From contig CP154954.1 of assembly GCA_039621445.1 (NCBI GenBank), forward strand, positions 36,379,703 to 36,443,702: 64,000 nt of DNA, in the 5' to 3' direction. Below, in pieces: positions 13,801 to 61,882 of the stretch; position 1 is the stretch's first letter; each line of letters opens with the position of its first letter. This stretch comes from Euglena gracilis. Lineage: Eukaryota. Made by a program: the position numbers and the translations under genes. The notes below the pieces were generated by a model, which saw only the letters and a program-made list of their open reading frames with translations, was not told the DNA's origin and did no database searches.

Positions 13801-14470
13801 GGTCGCCTCTGGCCCTGCCATAGGGCTGCTCAAAGACAGGCTTTCCTCCTTATTTTGAAAGGTGGGGGAAGGTCTGTGTCTGTGGTTGGGAGGTACATAT
13901 ATAGCTGGGGGGTGAGGGCTGATTATCTTCTGGGGGGCCCTGTTGTAGCCAATCTTGGGCCTCCCCCCCAAGGGCTGATATGGTGTCGATGATCTTGATT
14001 GTAGTGGCCTCCATTGGCCTTCAGGGCCATCTGGCCTTCTTGGTCTCCATTGACCTTCTCTCCAGCACTTTTCTTGTGCCTTCTTTTTCCCTCTTGGTAC
14101 CCAGATGAGCCACCATGGCTGAATTTCCCTTTGGGATTTGATGCCACCTGCCTTGGCTGTGGCTTGCTTCCCCTGGGGGGAATGGACACCTCGGGCTCCG
14201 CACTTTGCCATTGTGAGGCCATGCCTTGCTCGCCGGCGGTGTTGTGTGATTGTTCGTTGCGCTGGGTTAGGCGTCTCCCCTTAGTGCCTTTCTTCGCCGG
14301 AGTTGGCTGATTCCTAATCTTGCCCTTCGACACGGAAGAAGACAGAAACTTTGAAGAACAGAGTTGGAAGAGATCAAGACAATACAATATCAATATTCAG
14401 AACTTGTAGAACCTGAAGAATATCACATTCAAGAAAATATTTCAACTTTGACATTTGAAGTCAATGCAGC

Positions 14471-17400
14471 ATGTGGAGAACAAATTGGAATTATCCAGTC
14501 GACAACCTGGACGCAGTGCAGAACAAGAAACGCCAGCTGGAGAACGTGGAGATGCGGTTTCAACGTGGCGAACCGTGGCCATCACTCCCCCCCCACACAT
14601 CTCAGCAGAAAAAATTTTTCAGCAGCAGACAGCCACACACAGTGATGGCCATGGACCCTGGCAGACAGTGGGCAAAAAGCCCAGACGACAACGGAAGACA
14701 TTGGGTACCCAGGGTCAAGACCCATTACATTTCAAATTGGGGTGCAGGAAACCTTCAAAATTGGCAGACCCAGCCCAGAGGGCAAAAGCCCCAGCCCACA
14801 GGGCAAATGCCCCCAACCCATCAAGATGGAATAAAGGACAAGGGGGCCAGTACAACATTGGGAAGCCAGATGGCCCAGTCTGGAGCAGAAGGCCAATCCA
14901 AGGGCTATGGCAGCCTACAGGAAGGGGCAAAAGAGGTCTGTACCAACCATCTTTTTCAAATTCAGCCCACAACCCCATTCCAGGGGGGAGGGGGGAGGCC
15001 CAGCAACAGGGCTCCCCCAGACTTCAATTGGGCATGGCAAGAAGCCAGAACTTACAGCCCCGGCCATGGAGGCCAGAGCAAAAGGGGCTTGGGCCAAAGA
15101 GACCAATCCAAGGGCTATGGCAGCCATACAAGGGGTGGACCTCCAGAGGCCCCCCAGAAGCTAAAGGGCAGCCCCACAGGGGCTTTGTATTCAACACATG
15201 CCCAGCCCCAGGAGGAACAGGGGGAAGGGGAAGGACCCCCACAAGTATTTATTCATCATTCTTCAAATCCCCCAGTGGAATCAAGAAGGGGGGGACCCAC
15301 AGAGGCCCCCCTATGGTATGGATACCAACACCATCATCATCAAGGAGGCCTGATAGGCAAAACAGGGGCAGTAAGCCCTATGGTATGCATTCCAACAACA
15401 AGATCCTCCAGAGAGAGAGTGAGAAGAGAGGAGAGTGCATGCACACCCCCCCAGGAAAACTTTCCCTTTCCAAGGGCTCAAGCCCTAGGGGCCCTAAGGG
15501 TGCAATGTCCAACACCCCCAGCCCAGCCCCCCCAAAATCATCTTATGCAGGAAATAAACTCCATGGAGGAGAAATGGGGAGACACACCCCTGCATCAAAG
15601 GCTGCAAAAAAGCCTAAAATGGTGGAAAAATCATGCCACCCCAGCAACATGTCAACTCATCAGGGATGGCATTCAACCCCCCTGGGTAAATCCCCCAAAA
15701 TTGTCCACCCACCCAAAACCCAGAGCCAACCTGGACCTGAATCAGGCAGAAAAAATTCTGCTGGATTACGAAAAATCTGGGTCAATAAAACGAGTTTGGG
15801 ATTCAAAAACCCTGCATTTAATCCCCTGGTTTCTAATTTCAAAACCAGAAGGGGGAACAACCAAATGGAGAATGATCAGCGACTGCAGAGAAATCAATCA
15901 GCAGTTTCAAGTAAAACCTTTCAAGCTGGATCACATCCAGCACATTTTTCCTGTTTTGGAAAAAGGCCACTGGGCAGCCAAAATAGATTTAAAAGATGCC
16001 TACTTCCACATCCCAGTGAGCCAGGCCTTAAGGCCATTTTTAAGGCATCAAGTGGGGGGGGCAGACCTGGGAATTCCAGGCAGGCTGTTTTGGCCTAAAT
16101 ATAATGCCCCAAATTTTCATGTCAGTGATGAAGACATTCGAAAAACTGTGGAGAAAAAGGGGCATCCAGGTATTTATTTACCTGGACGACATTTTACTGG
16201 TGGCCCCAACACAAAACATCTTACAAAATCACCTGAACACAGTCGTCAGGGATTTAATCAAATCAGGTTTCAAAATCAATGTGAAAAAGTCCACCCTCCA
16301 GCCCAGCCAAATCGTAAATCATCTTGGATTTCAACTAAACTTCCAAGGGGGAAAATTACAGGTGCCCCCCCAGAAAATAAAAACCGTAAAAAAGGAGCTG
16401 GGAAAAATGGTGAAAAAAGATTACATGTCAAAAAGGCAACTGGCTGCCATTTTGGGCCAAATCAGATGCAATCTAATGGCCCTGCCCTTTCTAAGGGCCT
16501 TTACGGATGCCCTGGCAAATTTTTTGGTGGAAAATTCCACAGCCCCCTGGGACTCAAAACACCCCATTTCCCAAAGGATAAAGGATCAATTAAGGGAAAT
16601 AAAAATTCTGCTGGACACCTGGGGGGGCAGACCCTTCCCTCAAAGTGCAACCAGAGAGTTGCACTCAGACAGCAGCACCCATGCCTGGGGGGGGCTGGAC
16701 ATTCGAACAGGCAAAATTGTGCAGGAATTTTGGAGGGAAAACTCCATTTTGCACATAAACGTCAAAGAATTAAGTGCAGCAATAAGCACAGTACAAAGCC
16801 TAAGCAAACCAGGAGAAACTGTGTCCCTGTCAGTGGACAATCAAGTAATTTACTATTACTTAACAAAAGGGGGGGGCAGAAAAGACCCTTTCAATTCCAT
16901 GCTAAGGCCCTTCTTCAAATGGTGCATGGAGCACCAAGTAAACCTGCAAGTAAAGTGGGTCCCCTCAAAAGAATGCCTGGCAGACCCCATAAGCAGGTGG
17001 GAGATAGACAGGGGGGATTATTCCCTGGACCCCCAACTTTTTCAATGGCTGAGGCAGCAGTTCAAAAATTACATAGACCTGAAAACAGACCTTTTTGCCT
17101 CACCAGGCAACAAAAAAATGCCACAATTTGTGGCAAGGTGGCCCCACTGGGAAGCCACAGCAGTGGATGCATTGCAATGCCCACTGGACAACATGGGGGG
17201 CCTTTATGCAAACCCCCCCTGGTCTGTCATTCAAAAATTTCTCCCCAGATTAAAAATGTTTCCACAAGCCAAAGTTTTGATGGTCACCCCCTACTGGGAT
17301 TCAGCCACATGGTGGCCCCAGTTAATAAAAATGAAAGTTCCAGGGACCCCCTGCCTAAAAATCACCCCCTACAGGGGTATGTTCACCAATTGCAGGGGGG

Positions 17401-17519
17401 AAAAAATGCCACCCCCCAGGTGGCCCCTCCTTTGCATGATTTGCTCAGGCAAATTTTGGAGGGGAAACAAATACAAAATTCAACCATTGAAGATTTCCTG
17501 GGAAGAAACCCCAGTTTAA
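14471..17519 (+). CDS. DIRS pol ORF: low-complexity N-term, RT, RNase H, DNA adenine methyltransferase-like (one extra G in run 16054-16061)
   Basis: KIDLKDAYFH; YLDD at about 16179; SDSS..WGG, HINVKEL, VDN, LAD (RNase H); DLFAS and YANPPWS at about 17205-17225 (MT). Removing one G fuses ORF 14471 with ORF 16104. Confidence 0.88.
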
Positions 17520-18634
17520 AAAGGTACCAAAGTGCCTTTACACTTTTATGGGTGATTCTGGACAGAATGGGGGTGCCCCCCCCTGAAGCCACCACTGACC
17601 AAGTGGCTGATGCTTTAATCCAACTTTTTCAATTTTCAAAGGCCCAAGCCCGTAATGCATACAGTGCTATGCTTTTGATCCCTGGGTTTGGTGGCCTAAG
17701 GTTTAATACCTTATTAGCACCTTACAAAAGGCTTTGGAACCAAAATCTGGAAAAATATGGTGCTTTCTGGGACCCACTCCCAATCCTCCTGGGGCTGGCA
17801 AGGCAGCCTGTGCCCACTGATATTTGTGCATTGCGCACTCAGCTCATTTTTTGTTCACGCATCCTCTGTTTATATCGTTCATCCGATTTGGCACAAGTCA
17901 AAAGAACCACAAGTGTGTTGGGGGGGGCACCCTACATTCAAATCAAACGTAAAGGACAAAAATTCCACAAGTGGGAAAGAGTTGTCTCAATTCCCCAATG
18001 TCCCCAAATCAGTCCCTTTCATTTGATTATGGCTTATGTGGCAGCCACACGTTTCTTTATGAAACCTGGGGGCCCCCTTTTGATAACGCTAAAACCCCCC
18101 TACAGAGCCATTAAGGCAGATACCATTGCTTCTATCACCAAAGAATTTTTGACCAAACAGGGGGTACCCCCCCAGGTGTGGGGACCCCACTCCACCAGAG
18201 GGGCAGGGGTTGGTTTGCTCAAAAAATTGGGCCTTTCTGCCCAAGAAGTTTGTGAAATTGGTCAGTGGAAGGGGGTGGAGGCTTTTACAGCCCATTATCA
18301 ACGACTTGGTGCCCAAGGTGCCTTGGAAAATGCCCTGGCCCCCCTTTTTTCAGTGCACAATCTGGCCTCACAATGGCAAAGTGCGGAGCCCGAGGTGTCT
18401 CGTACTCCCTCGAGGCAAACCGACAAGGGAGGAAGGGACACCGAGGGCGAAGCACAAAGACATTGTGAGCCCGACCCCCCCCTCCCATTGAAAAAATTTG
18501 TCTTCAAACGCCCTCGGTCAGCAAGTGGGGGCCAGGGGGGGGAACCCCCCCAGGGGAAGAGACAGCGCCACGGTCGCCACGTCGGAGACAAAGCAGCCAA
18601 CTCCGGCGAGGCGGCACTAAGGGGAGACGCCTAA
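17440..18634 (+). CDS. DIRS tyrosine recombinase domain (C-terminal part of a long overlapping ORF)
   Basis: Catalytic set R (LYRSSD), K (KRKG), HSTR, W (GQW), Y (AHY). Start of the domain is approximate. Confidence 0.88.
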
Positions 18635-19669
18635 CCCAGCGCAACGAACAATCACACAACACCGCCGGCGAGCAAGGCATGGCCTCACAATGTCTTTGTG
18701 CTTCGCCCTCGGTGTCCCTTCCTCCCTTGTCGGTTTGCCTCGAGGGAGTACGAATTTTGAGGGTGCTGGGGGAATAGTTGGACATACCTCTCCCCACTGG
18801 GGTCCCCTGCTGGGATTCTGGGTTCTGTGTCCTTGAAAATGGGCACCATGACCTTTTGAATGATGGCTGCCATAGCCTTGGGCCCAAGGCCCTGTAGATA
18901 GATGGCCGCCATGGCCGTTTTGAGGAGGGTCTCCACCTTCCTGACTTGAACCCTTTGCACTTGTCATATTTCCCCTGCCATAGGGGTGCGGATGAGAAAA
19001 GTGATGGGTAGTCTGCCAGTCCCGTTTTTCCTTCTCCTGACAATGTTTCCTGGATTGATGACTGTGATGGGTCCCCATGACCCAATGAGCCTTGCCCTGG
19101 GTGGCTTCTCCGTCGCTTTGCTCTGACCACAAGTGTCCAGGGTCCATGGCCGTCACAAAGGCTTTTCTGAAAACAGGAAATTTCTGACGAACTGGGGGGC
19201 GGAAGGGTTGCGACGGCCACGGACGGACGTGCTCGCCCTGCTCCATCAGGTACCCCAGCGGCTGCAGCCCCTCGGTGTTTTCCAGCTTCAGCTGTCTGCC
19301 TTGGACTTCCTTATGCTCCCACGTCTTCTTGACAGCGTGAAATTTTTTCCAACCCATCTTTCATTGAAGTCCGTTGAGCACGGGTTTGATTTTTGAATGT
19401 CTTTGTCTTCCGTATTGACCGCACTCGTAGAGTTGAAAGTCTTCCGCCTTTAGGTCGAATGGCAGAATTAGGAATCAGCCAACTCCGGCAACAAAAAGCA
19501 GTAAGAAGCACCCCCTGCGCACGCACAAACACACCAGAACAGAGCAGCCGGCAAGGAAAGCAGGACCTCACCATCTCGCCATCAATTCAAAGCACCTTAC
19601 GACGTTGTCGCGCAGTGCCGGAATAGCTTGAAGGGGATTTTTGGAAGGGTTTGAAAGGAAAAAATGCGC

Positions 19670-19735
19670 CACCCAAACAGCACTGCCGGCGAACGTGGCA
19701 TGGCCCCAAAAGGGCAGAGTGCGGAGCCTCCACCC
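19670..19735 (-). mobile_element. Diverged left-end relic of a further DIRS subfamily
   Basis: CACTGCCGGCGAACGTGGCATGGCCCCAAAAGGGCAGAGTGCGGAGCC resembles the reverse complement of 14192-14242. Confidence 0.55.
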
Positions 19736-20246
19736 TGGTCGGTTTTCCCCCCTCGAGGGTGCACCAAAAAGCGCCACAGGGGACTCCAAACACAACCAGG
19801 TGAACACAGCATGGCCTTACAAGAGCAACGTGCCCGTCTGATGGGAGCGCAGGTAATTTTTTTTGAAAAATACCGCTCTAAAGCAAAAAAAAATTGTGGC
19901 CAAAATTTGGGGGGTGGGCAGAGCCAAAAATACATGCTAGTTTCGGTGGGTAGAGAAAGCGCACAGCGCATGGAAGTCTTCAGTGAACAACACAACAATT
20001 ATTGAGGCCGATTCATCTGCCTGCACAATTCCTGCACAATTCATGTGCGAGTCAAAAGAGGTCAGCAGGGAAGAGGGGATAACAGAAAAATACTCCACAA
20101 TATGCGAGTTCAAGAGGGTGATGAAGTCAGGCATCTCTGAAATAGAGATAAGAGGGCTCGAGCCATCGCAGGGATTTGTAATATTTGCTGGTCAGCCGAT
20201 GCGTATGTGGAGGACGAGCAGGGGCCGAACCGCTGCATTGGGCAGT

Positions 20247-55798
<35,552 letters not shown>

Positions 55799-55939
55799 CT
55801 GTGAGGGGGAAAAGGAAAGAAATGGAACAGTTGAATGAAGAGGCAATCAGGTCCTTGGATGTGAAATCTCCAGGGAGTTGCTTTGCCCCTTTGCGGCATG
55901 GTGGGGTGTGGTTGGACCCTCCCGCCCCACCCATAGGGT

Positions 55940-57109
55940 ATATCCGTGGACTGAGGCCCAAGACACACACTGTGTCTCGTGGACTGAGTCCACGAGACAC
56001 AGTGTGTGTCCCCGTGGACTGGGACACACACACTGTGTCTCGTGGACTGGCAGTCCACGAGACACAGTGTGTGTCCCCGTGGACTGGGACACACACTATG
56101 TCTCGTGGATGAAAAATAAAAGGTGTTTGCCAGAAATGCGAGGTGTTACACATCTAATGCAATGCAGCAGGGCAGTGGAAAGTCACCGGACAACCGTGAG
56201 CTGTAACAGCTGAGAGACAGTTGGCGCGGCGTTGTTGCTCAGCTTGATTGATGAGGGTAGCCTCATCAAACAAATATCTGGGGTCAATGACCCAACCAGC
56301 CCATGCGGAATAAAAGCCATCCAGGTCCTCATACTGAGCGTTCAGATGTTTACACACCTGCTGGAACTCCAACAGGCGTGTAACAGCTACACGCTCAGCC
56401 TTTGTGGTCCCTTTTGGCTTCTCTTCCAACACGTTGGCCAACAACGTACCGTGTATTGGGTCAACAGCAGGGCCCTTCTGCAAATCGACCAAATACTTTT
56501 CCAGTGTAGCAACATATTCATCTGGTTTCGGGGGTCGGGGGAGCATGCGGTCCACACTGTTTGCGGTCTTCTTCATTTTCCGAAAGAAACAACTGCAAGG
56601 ACAGGTAGTGGAATGTGGTAAAACTTGTCCACGAGAAACCTTTATGCTCTAAGCCAAAAGTTGCCGAAAGGCCAAGTTATTGGGGGGCACTTGTTGGTCG
56701 GACCAGTGGGAATTCTTGATTTTTTCAGTTCACGAGGACACACACTGTGTCTCGTGGACTGGCAGTCCACGAGACACAGTGTGTGTCCCTGTGGACTGGG
56801 ACACACACTGTGTCTCGTGGACTGGCAGTCCACGAGACACAGTGTGTGTCCTCGTGAACTGAAAATTTGACAAAAAATAAAAAAAACAAAAAACAAAAAA
56901 AAAATACGGGGTTGAGTAGGTAGGGGGTGACATTTTGCGTGGCTAAGTTCCACGAGACACAGTGTGTGTCTTGGGCCTCTTAGTCAACGGATATAGACAA
57001 AAATCGTCCATTGTAACCCGGACACACCGTGTACCCGGGTTATGGGCGCCTTCGGCGCCCATAACCCGGACACACGGTGTGTCCGGGTGACATGGACGAT
57101 TTTTGTGTA
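55940..57109. mobile_element. Copy 2 of the 52637-53869 unit
   Basis: Highly similar direct copy including the hairpin at 56995-57109. Confidence 0.75.
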
Positions 57110-57685
57110 GTGTCTGGGACGTGGGGGGGGGGACTCGGAGGAGACACCAGCTTTGGAAGGTGAAGTTACAGCCGGCAGATACAATGGGGGATTGGTGTGT
57201 GGATTGGCCAGGTCCGAGCCCCCCCCCCCCTCGAGCGGCAGAAACAACAGGTCGGGCTGACTAGGTCGGCCCGAGGGATAATGCAGCACAGTCAGTGGCC
57301 ATTTCTGTCGACCTCCAGAGGTCGGCCCGTCCAGAACCAGCATGGCCAATATTCCGCCCGGGGACTACGTGCGGCCACCTGATATGAACCAAAACTTGCC
57401 ACTTTTTTTTTTTTGATACCTCGTGCCCCGGGGGTAGAGGGACAGAGGAGGAGGTGAACACCCCTGGGTATTATTTATCTCCCAAAGTCCTGGCCCGACG
57501 GGGAGGATGGATGAGGGACCCCCCCCCACCCCCTACCTCGAAATTTGGGGGGGGGCTGGTTTTGTGGACGGGCAAACGGCTGGAAAATCGGGCAAAATTG
57601 TTCAAAAATCCCTGATTTCTTTAAAAACGTGTCTTAAAAACATGTTCAGCCCGCCAAATGCCTGCCCTGAAATTCGTGGTCATGA

Positions 57686-57840
57686 ACACGTTTTCAATGA
57701 GGGCATCTGTGGCAATGACACATTTTCAATTAAGGCATCTGTGGTTAGGCACGTTTTCAATGAGGGCATCTGTGGCAATGACACGTTTTCAATTAAGGCA
57801 TCTGTGGTCAGGCACGTTTTCAATGAGGCATCTGTGGCAA
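57686..57840. repeat. ~64-bp (2x~32) tandem repeat, recurring at about 58574-58648
   Basis: ACACGTTTTCAATGAGGGCATCTGTGGCAATG units. Confidence 0.75.
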
Positions 57841-58878
57841 CCCTGAGTAAAAAGCAAAAAACGCTGTCATGAAAAATCGGCGGGCGGTTGCGAGGCCGGG
57901 TGGTCCTCAACGAGTGAGGCGGATCGAGGGCACTCTAAACACAACAGAAAGCTAGGTTGCCTTGGAGCACAACGACACGGAGTGGCGGACCTCACGGAAC
58001 ACGACACGCTTTACACAAAAAAAGAGCCAAACTTTGGTGGCCACCGCAAATCTTGGCAATGAAAATGATATGCCAAACCACAGGCGTCACACACAACTTT
58101 GTTCAGCTCCAATTTGGATTTTTGGGAATGGCAAAGAAGAAAAGAGGTTGCCGAACAATTCCCTGAAACGAACAAAGTTCCCGACTGCTGCTCACGTTGA
58201 GCCACACATTGTTAAATGACGCTCGCCTCATCGAACAACAGGCTGGGTTCCAGCTCCTATCCCATCCAGGCAACAAAGAAAGCATGCAGCTCAGGATAAG
58301 ATGCTTCCGATGTTGACACAGTTTGGCGAACTCCAAACAGTTGGCAACAGCAGCAAGCTCTGCTCCCACGGAGCCGGACCTTTTCTTTACGTTGCCCTGT
58401 GCCAGCAAGGTGCCAGAAGGGGGTCAACCTTCGGCTTCTTGGCATCTTGCTGGTATACCGCGAGAGCAGCCAGGAACAGTTCCATCCTAGGGGGAGGTGG
58501 CAAAAGACCATTCACAAAGTTAGCCGTGCGTTTCGCCATAGTGGGAGGGCTGCGGAAAAAAGGGTGGGGGGTGACACGTTTTCAATGAGGGCATCTGTGG
58601 CAATGACACGTTTTCAATTAAGGCATCTGTGGTTAGGCACGTTTTCAAACAAATTGTGGCTGAGCCCAGATTTCAGCCTGAAAACGTCAGGGGGCCCCCT
58701 TCGGGGGCCCCCTGGCTGAACACGTTTTCAGGCTGAAATCTGGGCTCAGCCACAATTTGTGTGTAGAAAATTAATCCAAAAATGCTCATTTTTGAAAAAT
58801 CTTAAAACCTATTTTCTGGGCCCGACGCCTGTCTTGAAATTCTACTGACATTAACGGATTTCAGCCTGAAATTGTTTG

Positions 58879-58992
58879 TGTCAGTCGATTTCCATTCAGG
58901 CGCCCGTTTATGTCAGTCGATTTCCATTCAGGCGCCCGTTTATGTCAGTCGATTTCCATTCAGGCGCCCGTTTATGTCGGTCGATTTCCATT
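58879..58992. repeat. 32-bp tandem repeat x3.5
   Basis: Unit TGTCAGTCGATTTCCATTCAGGCGCCCGTTTA. Confidence 0.85.
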
Positions 58993-61429
58993 CCATTGAA
59001 ATCTGTTGCTGGTCAGATTGGGAATTTTTGGTGACTTTTTGGACATTTTGGATCTCCCTTTTTTGAAGACATTTTTGGTCCTATGGGGTTGTGGAGGCGT
59101 TTTGGACCAGAAAAAAACCAAATTTTGTGGTCAGGTGATCACAGCTGGCTGAACTTTGATGGAACAGACGGAAGGACGGAGCTGAAGATTATCATTTTCT
59201 GGGACTTCAGAAAAAGCATTCGGCAAATTTGCCCTGAACCAGTTGTTATCACTGGTCATCTGAAAGAAAAGCTTTCGGGTGAGGAGTAATTTGGCCACGT
59301 TAAACCTATTTTCTGGGCTCGACGCCTGTATTGCAATTCTATTCTATTGCAAGGCTGTGTTCCTGGCAACATGGCTTTGGTCAAAATCTGTGTTTCTAAA
59401 AAAATGCAGAGTCTGCGTTTTAGGCACAGTTCTTGAGAAAGAGATTGTTCTTGGCAAAATGGAAGAAAAAATGCATTCCGAAAAAATGCAGAGTCTGCGT
59501 TTAAGACACAGTTCTTGATGTAGAGATTGTTTCTTTCAAAATGGAAGAAGGAAAGAAAGTGCATTCCGAAAAAAGGAAAGAAAACGGTTGGGTCGGACAT
59601 TAACGGATCGGGTACAACTATAACAGGCTGAAACATAAAATCGCCGGTCGGCGATTCCAAGACACGGAAACGTTTACGTCAGGCGATTCCATTCGCGCCG
59701 AAGTTTAACGGGCCGTTAGGCGACGGTTGGTCGATTTCCATTCAGGGTTAAGCGAGACACCTAAAATGTCACGAAACGGAACAAAATAGGCATTCAAAAA
59801 GGGAACAAACAAAGGGCGGTTTTTTTCGAAGAGTTAAAAAAAACATGTCTCGATTTCCATTGGCGTCCGTTTTTTTTATGGTTGCCATCCATGAAAAGGC
59901 GCCCGTTAGTGCGGCATTTCCATTGAAACCCCAGTTGGGGCGGGCAGATTTGGGCATAAATTGACCCCCCCCCCCCCGTTAATGGGTCACCACTTTTTGG
60001 CCAATCCCTCCAGGGGTGCGGGCGGTATCAAAGACAGGCGTCGGGCCCAGACAAAATAGGTTTTAGAAAAATCGACCGACACAAACATATTCAGCAGGGG
60101 CGCCGGGCGGCTCGCTTCGCTCGCTCGCGCCCGGCGCCCCTGCTGAATCTGTTAGTGTCGGTCGATTTTTGTATAGAAAATCTTTCATAGGGGGAGCACG
60201 CCGTCGGCCAGCCGTCGGCCAGCCGTCGGCCAGCCGTGTGACTCACAGGAAAATGACCCGAGCCATAGCTCGACAATACAAAAACAATTTTGCCGCCAAT
60301 CCCCTGTCAAGGTCATGTTCATCGTTCGTGGAGGCTGCATTTTTGCCCATTTAAGTCATTTTTCGTCAATTTTTGTCAATTTTGCCAATTTTGGGACTTT
60401 TTTTGACCAATTTTGACCATTTCAGCCGATTTTTGGGTCATTCCATAGTCATTGTGAAGGAATTTTGCCAACACATTATTTGAATGACTAAAAATTGTTC
60501 AATTGGTGGTCCATTTTCCACGAACTGACAAAAATTACCTGTTATGGACGTAAAAAGGCTGAAATTTTGTGTGGAACGGTTTCAAGTGACTACCACTACC
60601 CCCCCCCCTTATTTGAGCACACCTACGGCCTAAAGGACCCCCCAAATGCTCAATTAAGGGGGGGGTCAAATAAGGGGGGGGGGTCAGAAAATTGGCTTTG
60701 AAAAATTTTCGGCGCCTTAAAAAAATTTTTCCCCGGACCCAAATGCTCGATTAGGGGGGGGTCAAATAAGGGGGGGTAGTGGTAAAAATTGCCCAAAGCA
60801 ACCCCTCTTGTAGGGCTTTGCACCCCAAATTAGGCATTAATCACTCAAAGTTAGGAATTGGCCCACCAAATCCCCTCAAAATTAGGAACCTTTTCACTAA
60901 TTAGGAATTTACCACTCAAAAGAAGGCATTGGCACACCAAACTTGGGATTACCACTCAAAATATCAGCATTTTACACCCAAAATTAGGCATTTGCCACTC
61001 AAAATTAGGAATATACACAGGAATTTGCACCTCAAAATTAGGAATTGGCACACTAAATTAGGAATTTGCCTTCCAAAATTTGGAACATGAACACCAAATT
61101 AGGCATTTGCAACTCAACAAAAGCTAAACGACAGGACCCGGCTTCCGTCACGCCGTCGGCCAGCCGTCGGCCAGCCGTCGGCCAGCCGTCGGCCAGCCGT
61201 GTGCTCCCCCATAAAACACCAAAACATCGAAAAATGATCAAAAAGGGCAATATGCTCAAAAGTATGGAAAAGGGGGTGTTTTTGTATCTTTTTCTGGCGC
61301 TGTCCATCTTCCACCAGTTTCGCAAATTGAAAAGAAGAATTTGGGGAGATCATTGGAAAATATGGTGCAAAAATCTTTCATTAAAAATGATGTGGTGTGG
61401 GTGTGTGCATGTGTGCTTCGGAATGTGTG

Positions 61430-61851
61430 CAGGGGAGCAAATGCGCTCGCCCGGCCTCGGAAAAAAATGCGCAAAAATGCGCAAAAGAATGCACAAAAAA
61501 TGCGCATTTTTGGAGAAAAATGCGCAAAAATGTGCAAAATCTGAGAAAAAATGCGCAAAAATCACGAAAATGCAAAAATTACCCAAAAACGTGCAAAAAT
61601 GGCACCAAATTTGAAGAAATTATGTAATAATGAGGAAAATGTACGTTTCAAAAAAGTCAAAAATTTCAAATTTTTGCAAAAAATTGCAAAAATGGTCAAA
61701 AAATGCGAAAATTTTGGAAAATCACAAAAAACTGTGCCAAAAAGCAAAAAAACGTGCGGAAAAAAAGGAAAAAAATGCGAAAAAAAATGCGAAAAAATTT
61801 GAAAAAATGCGCAAAAATGCAAAAAAAAATGCGAAACGCATTTCCCCCCTG
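61430..61851. mobile_element. Related MITE with AAAAATGCG repeats
   Basis: CAGGGGAGCAAATGCG / CGCATTTCCCCCCTG; 7-bp direct repeat ATGTGTG. Confidence 0.55.

Positions 61852-61882
<31 letters not shown>

Larger units (their letters stand above)
14185..18753 (+). mobile_element. Near-intact DIRS1-like tyrosine-recombinase retrotransposon (4569 bp)
   Basis: Left ITR about 14210-14309 is inverted with about 18594-18692. ICR 18364-18469 is complementary to the left end (14185-14220) and the right extension (to 18753). No TSD. Encodes RT/RH/MT and YR. Confidence 0.93.
10821..19579 (-). mobile_element. Degenerate DIRS1-like element (same family as 7012-10820), split by the 14185-18753 insertion
   Basis: 5' part 19579-18754, remainder 14184-10821 with RT (YLDN), RH, MT (NPPW), YR and ICR. 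The rejoined site CCCTCAAAAT|CATTCCCCCCAGGGG is colinear with 7806-7830. Confidence 0.85.

Noticed and set aside
14471-18634. 1387-aa ORF as a real RT-YR fusion protein
   Set aside because: It is a chimera of two frames caused by one extra G at 16054-16061; the RT continues in the 16104 ORF.
58140-58490. Exon-like segment (MELFLAALAVYQQDAKKPK)
   Set aside because: It lies between TE-like subterminal repeats and cannot be joined in phase to the FHA exon; unsupported.
58879-58992. CRISPR-like 32-bp repeats
   Set aside because: The units are directly tandem with no spacers, there are no cas genes, and the context is eukaryotic.
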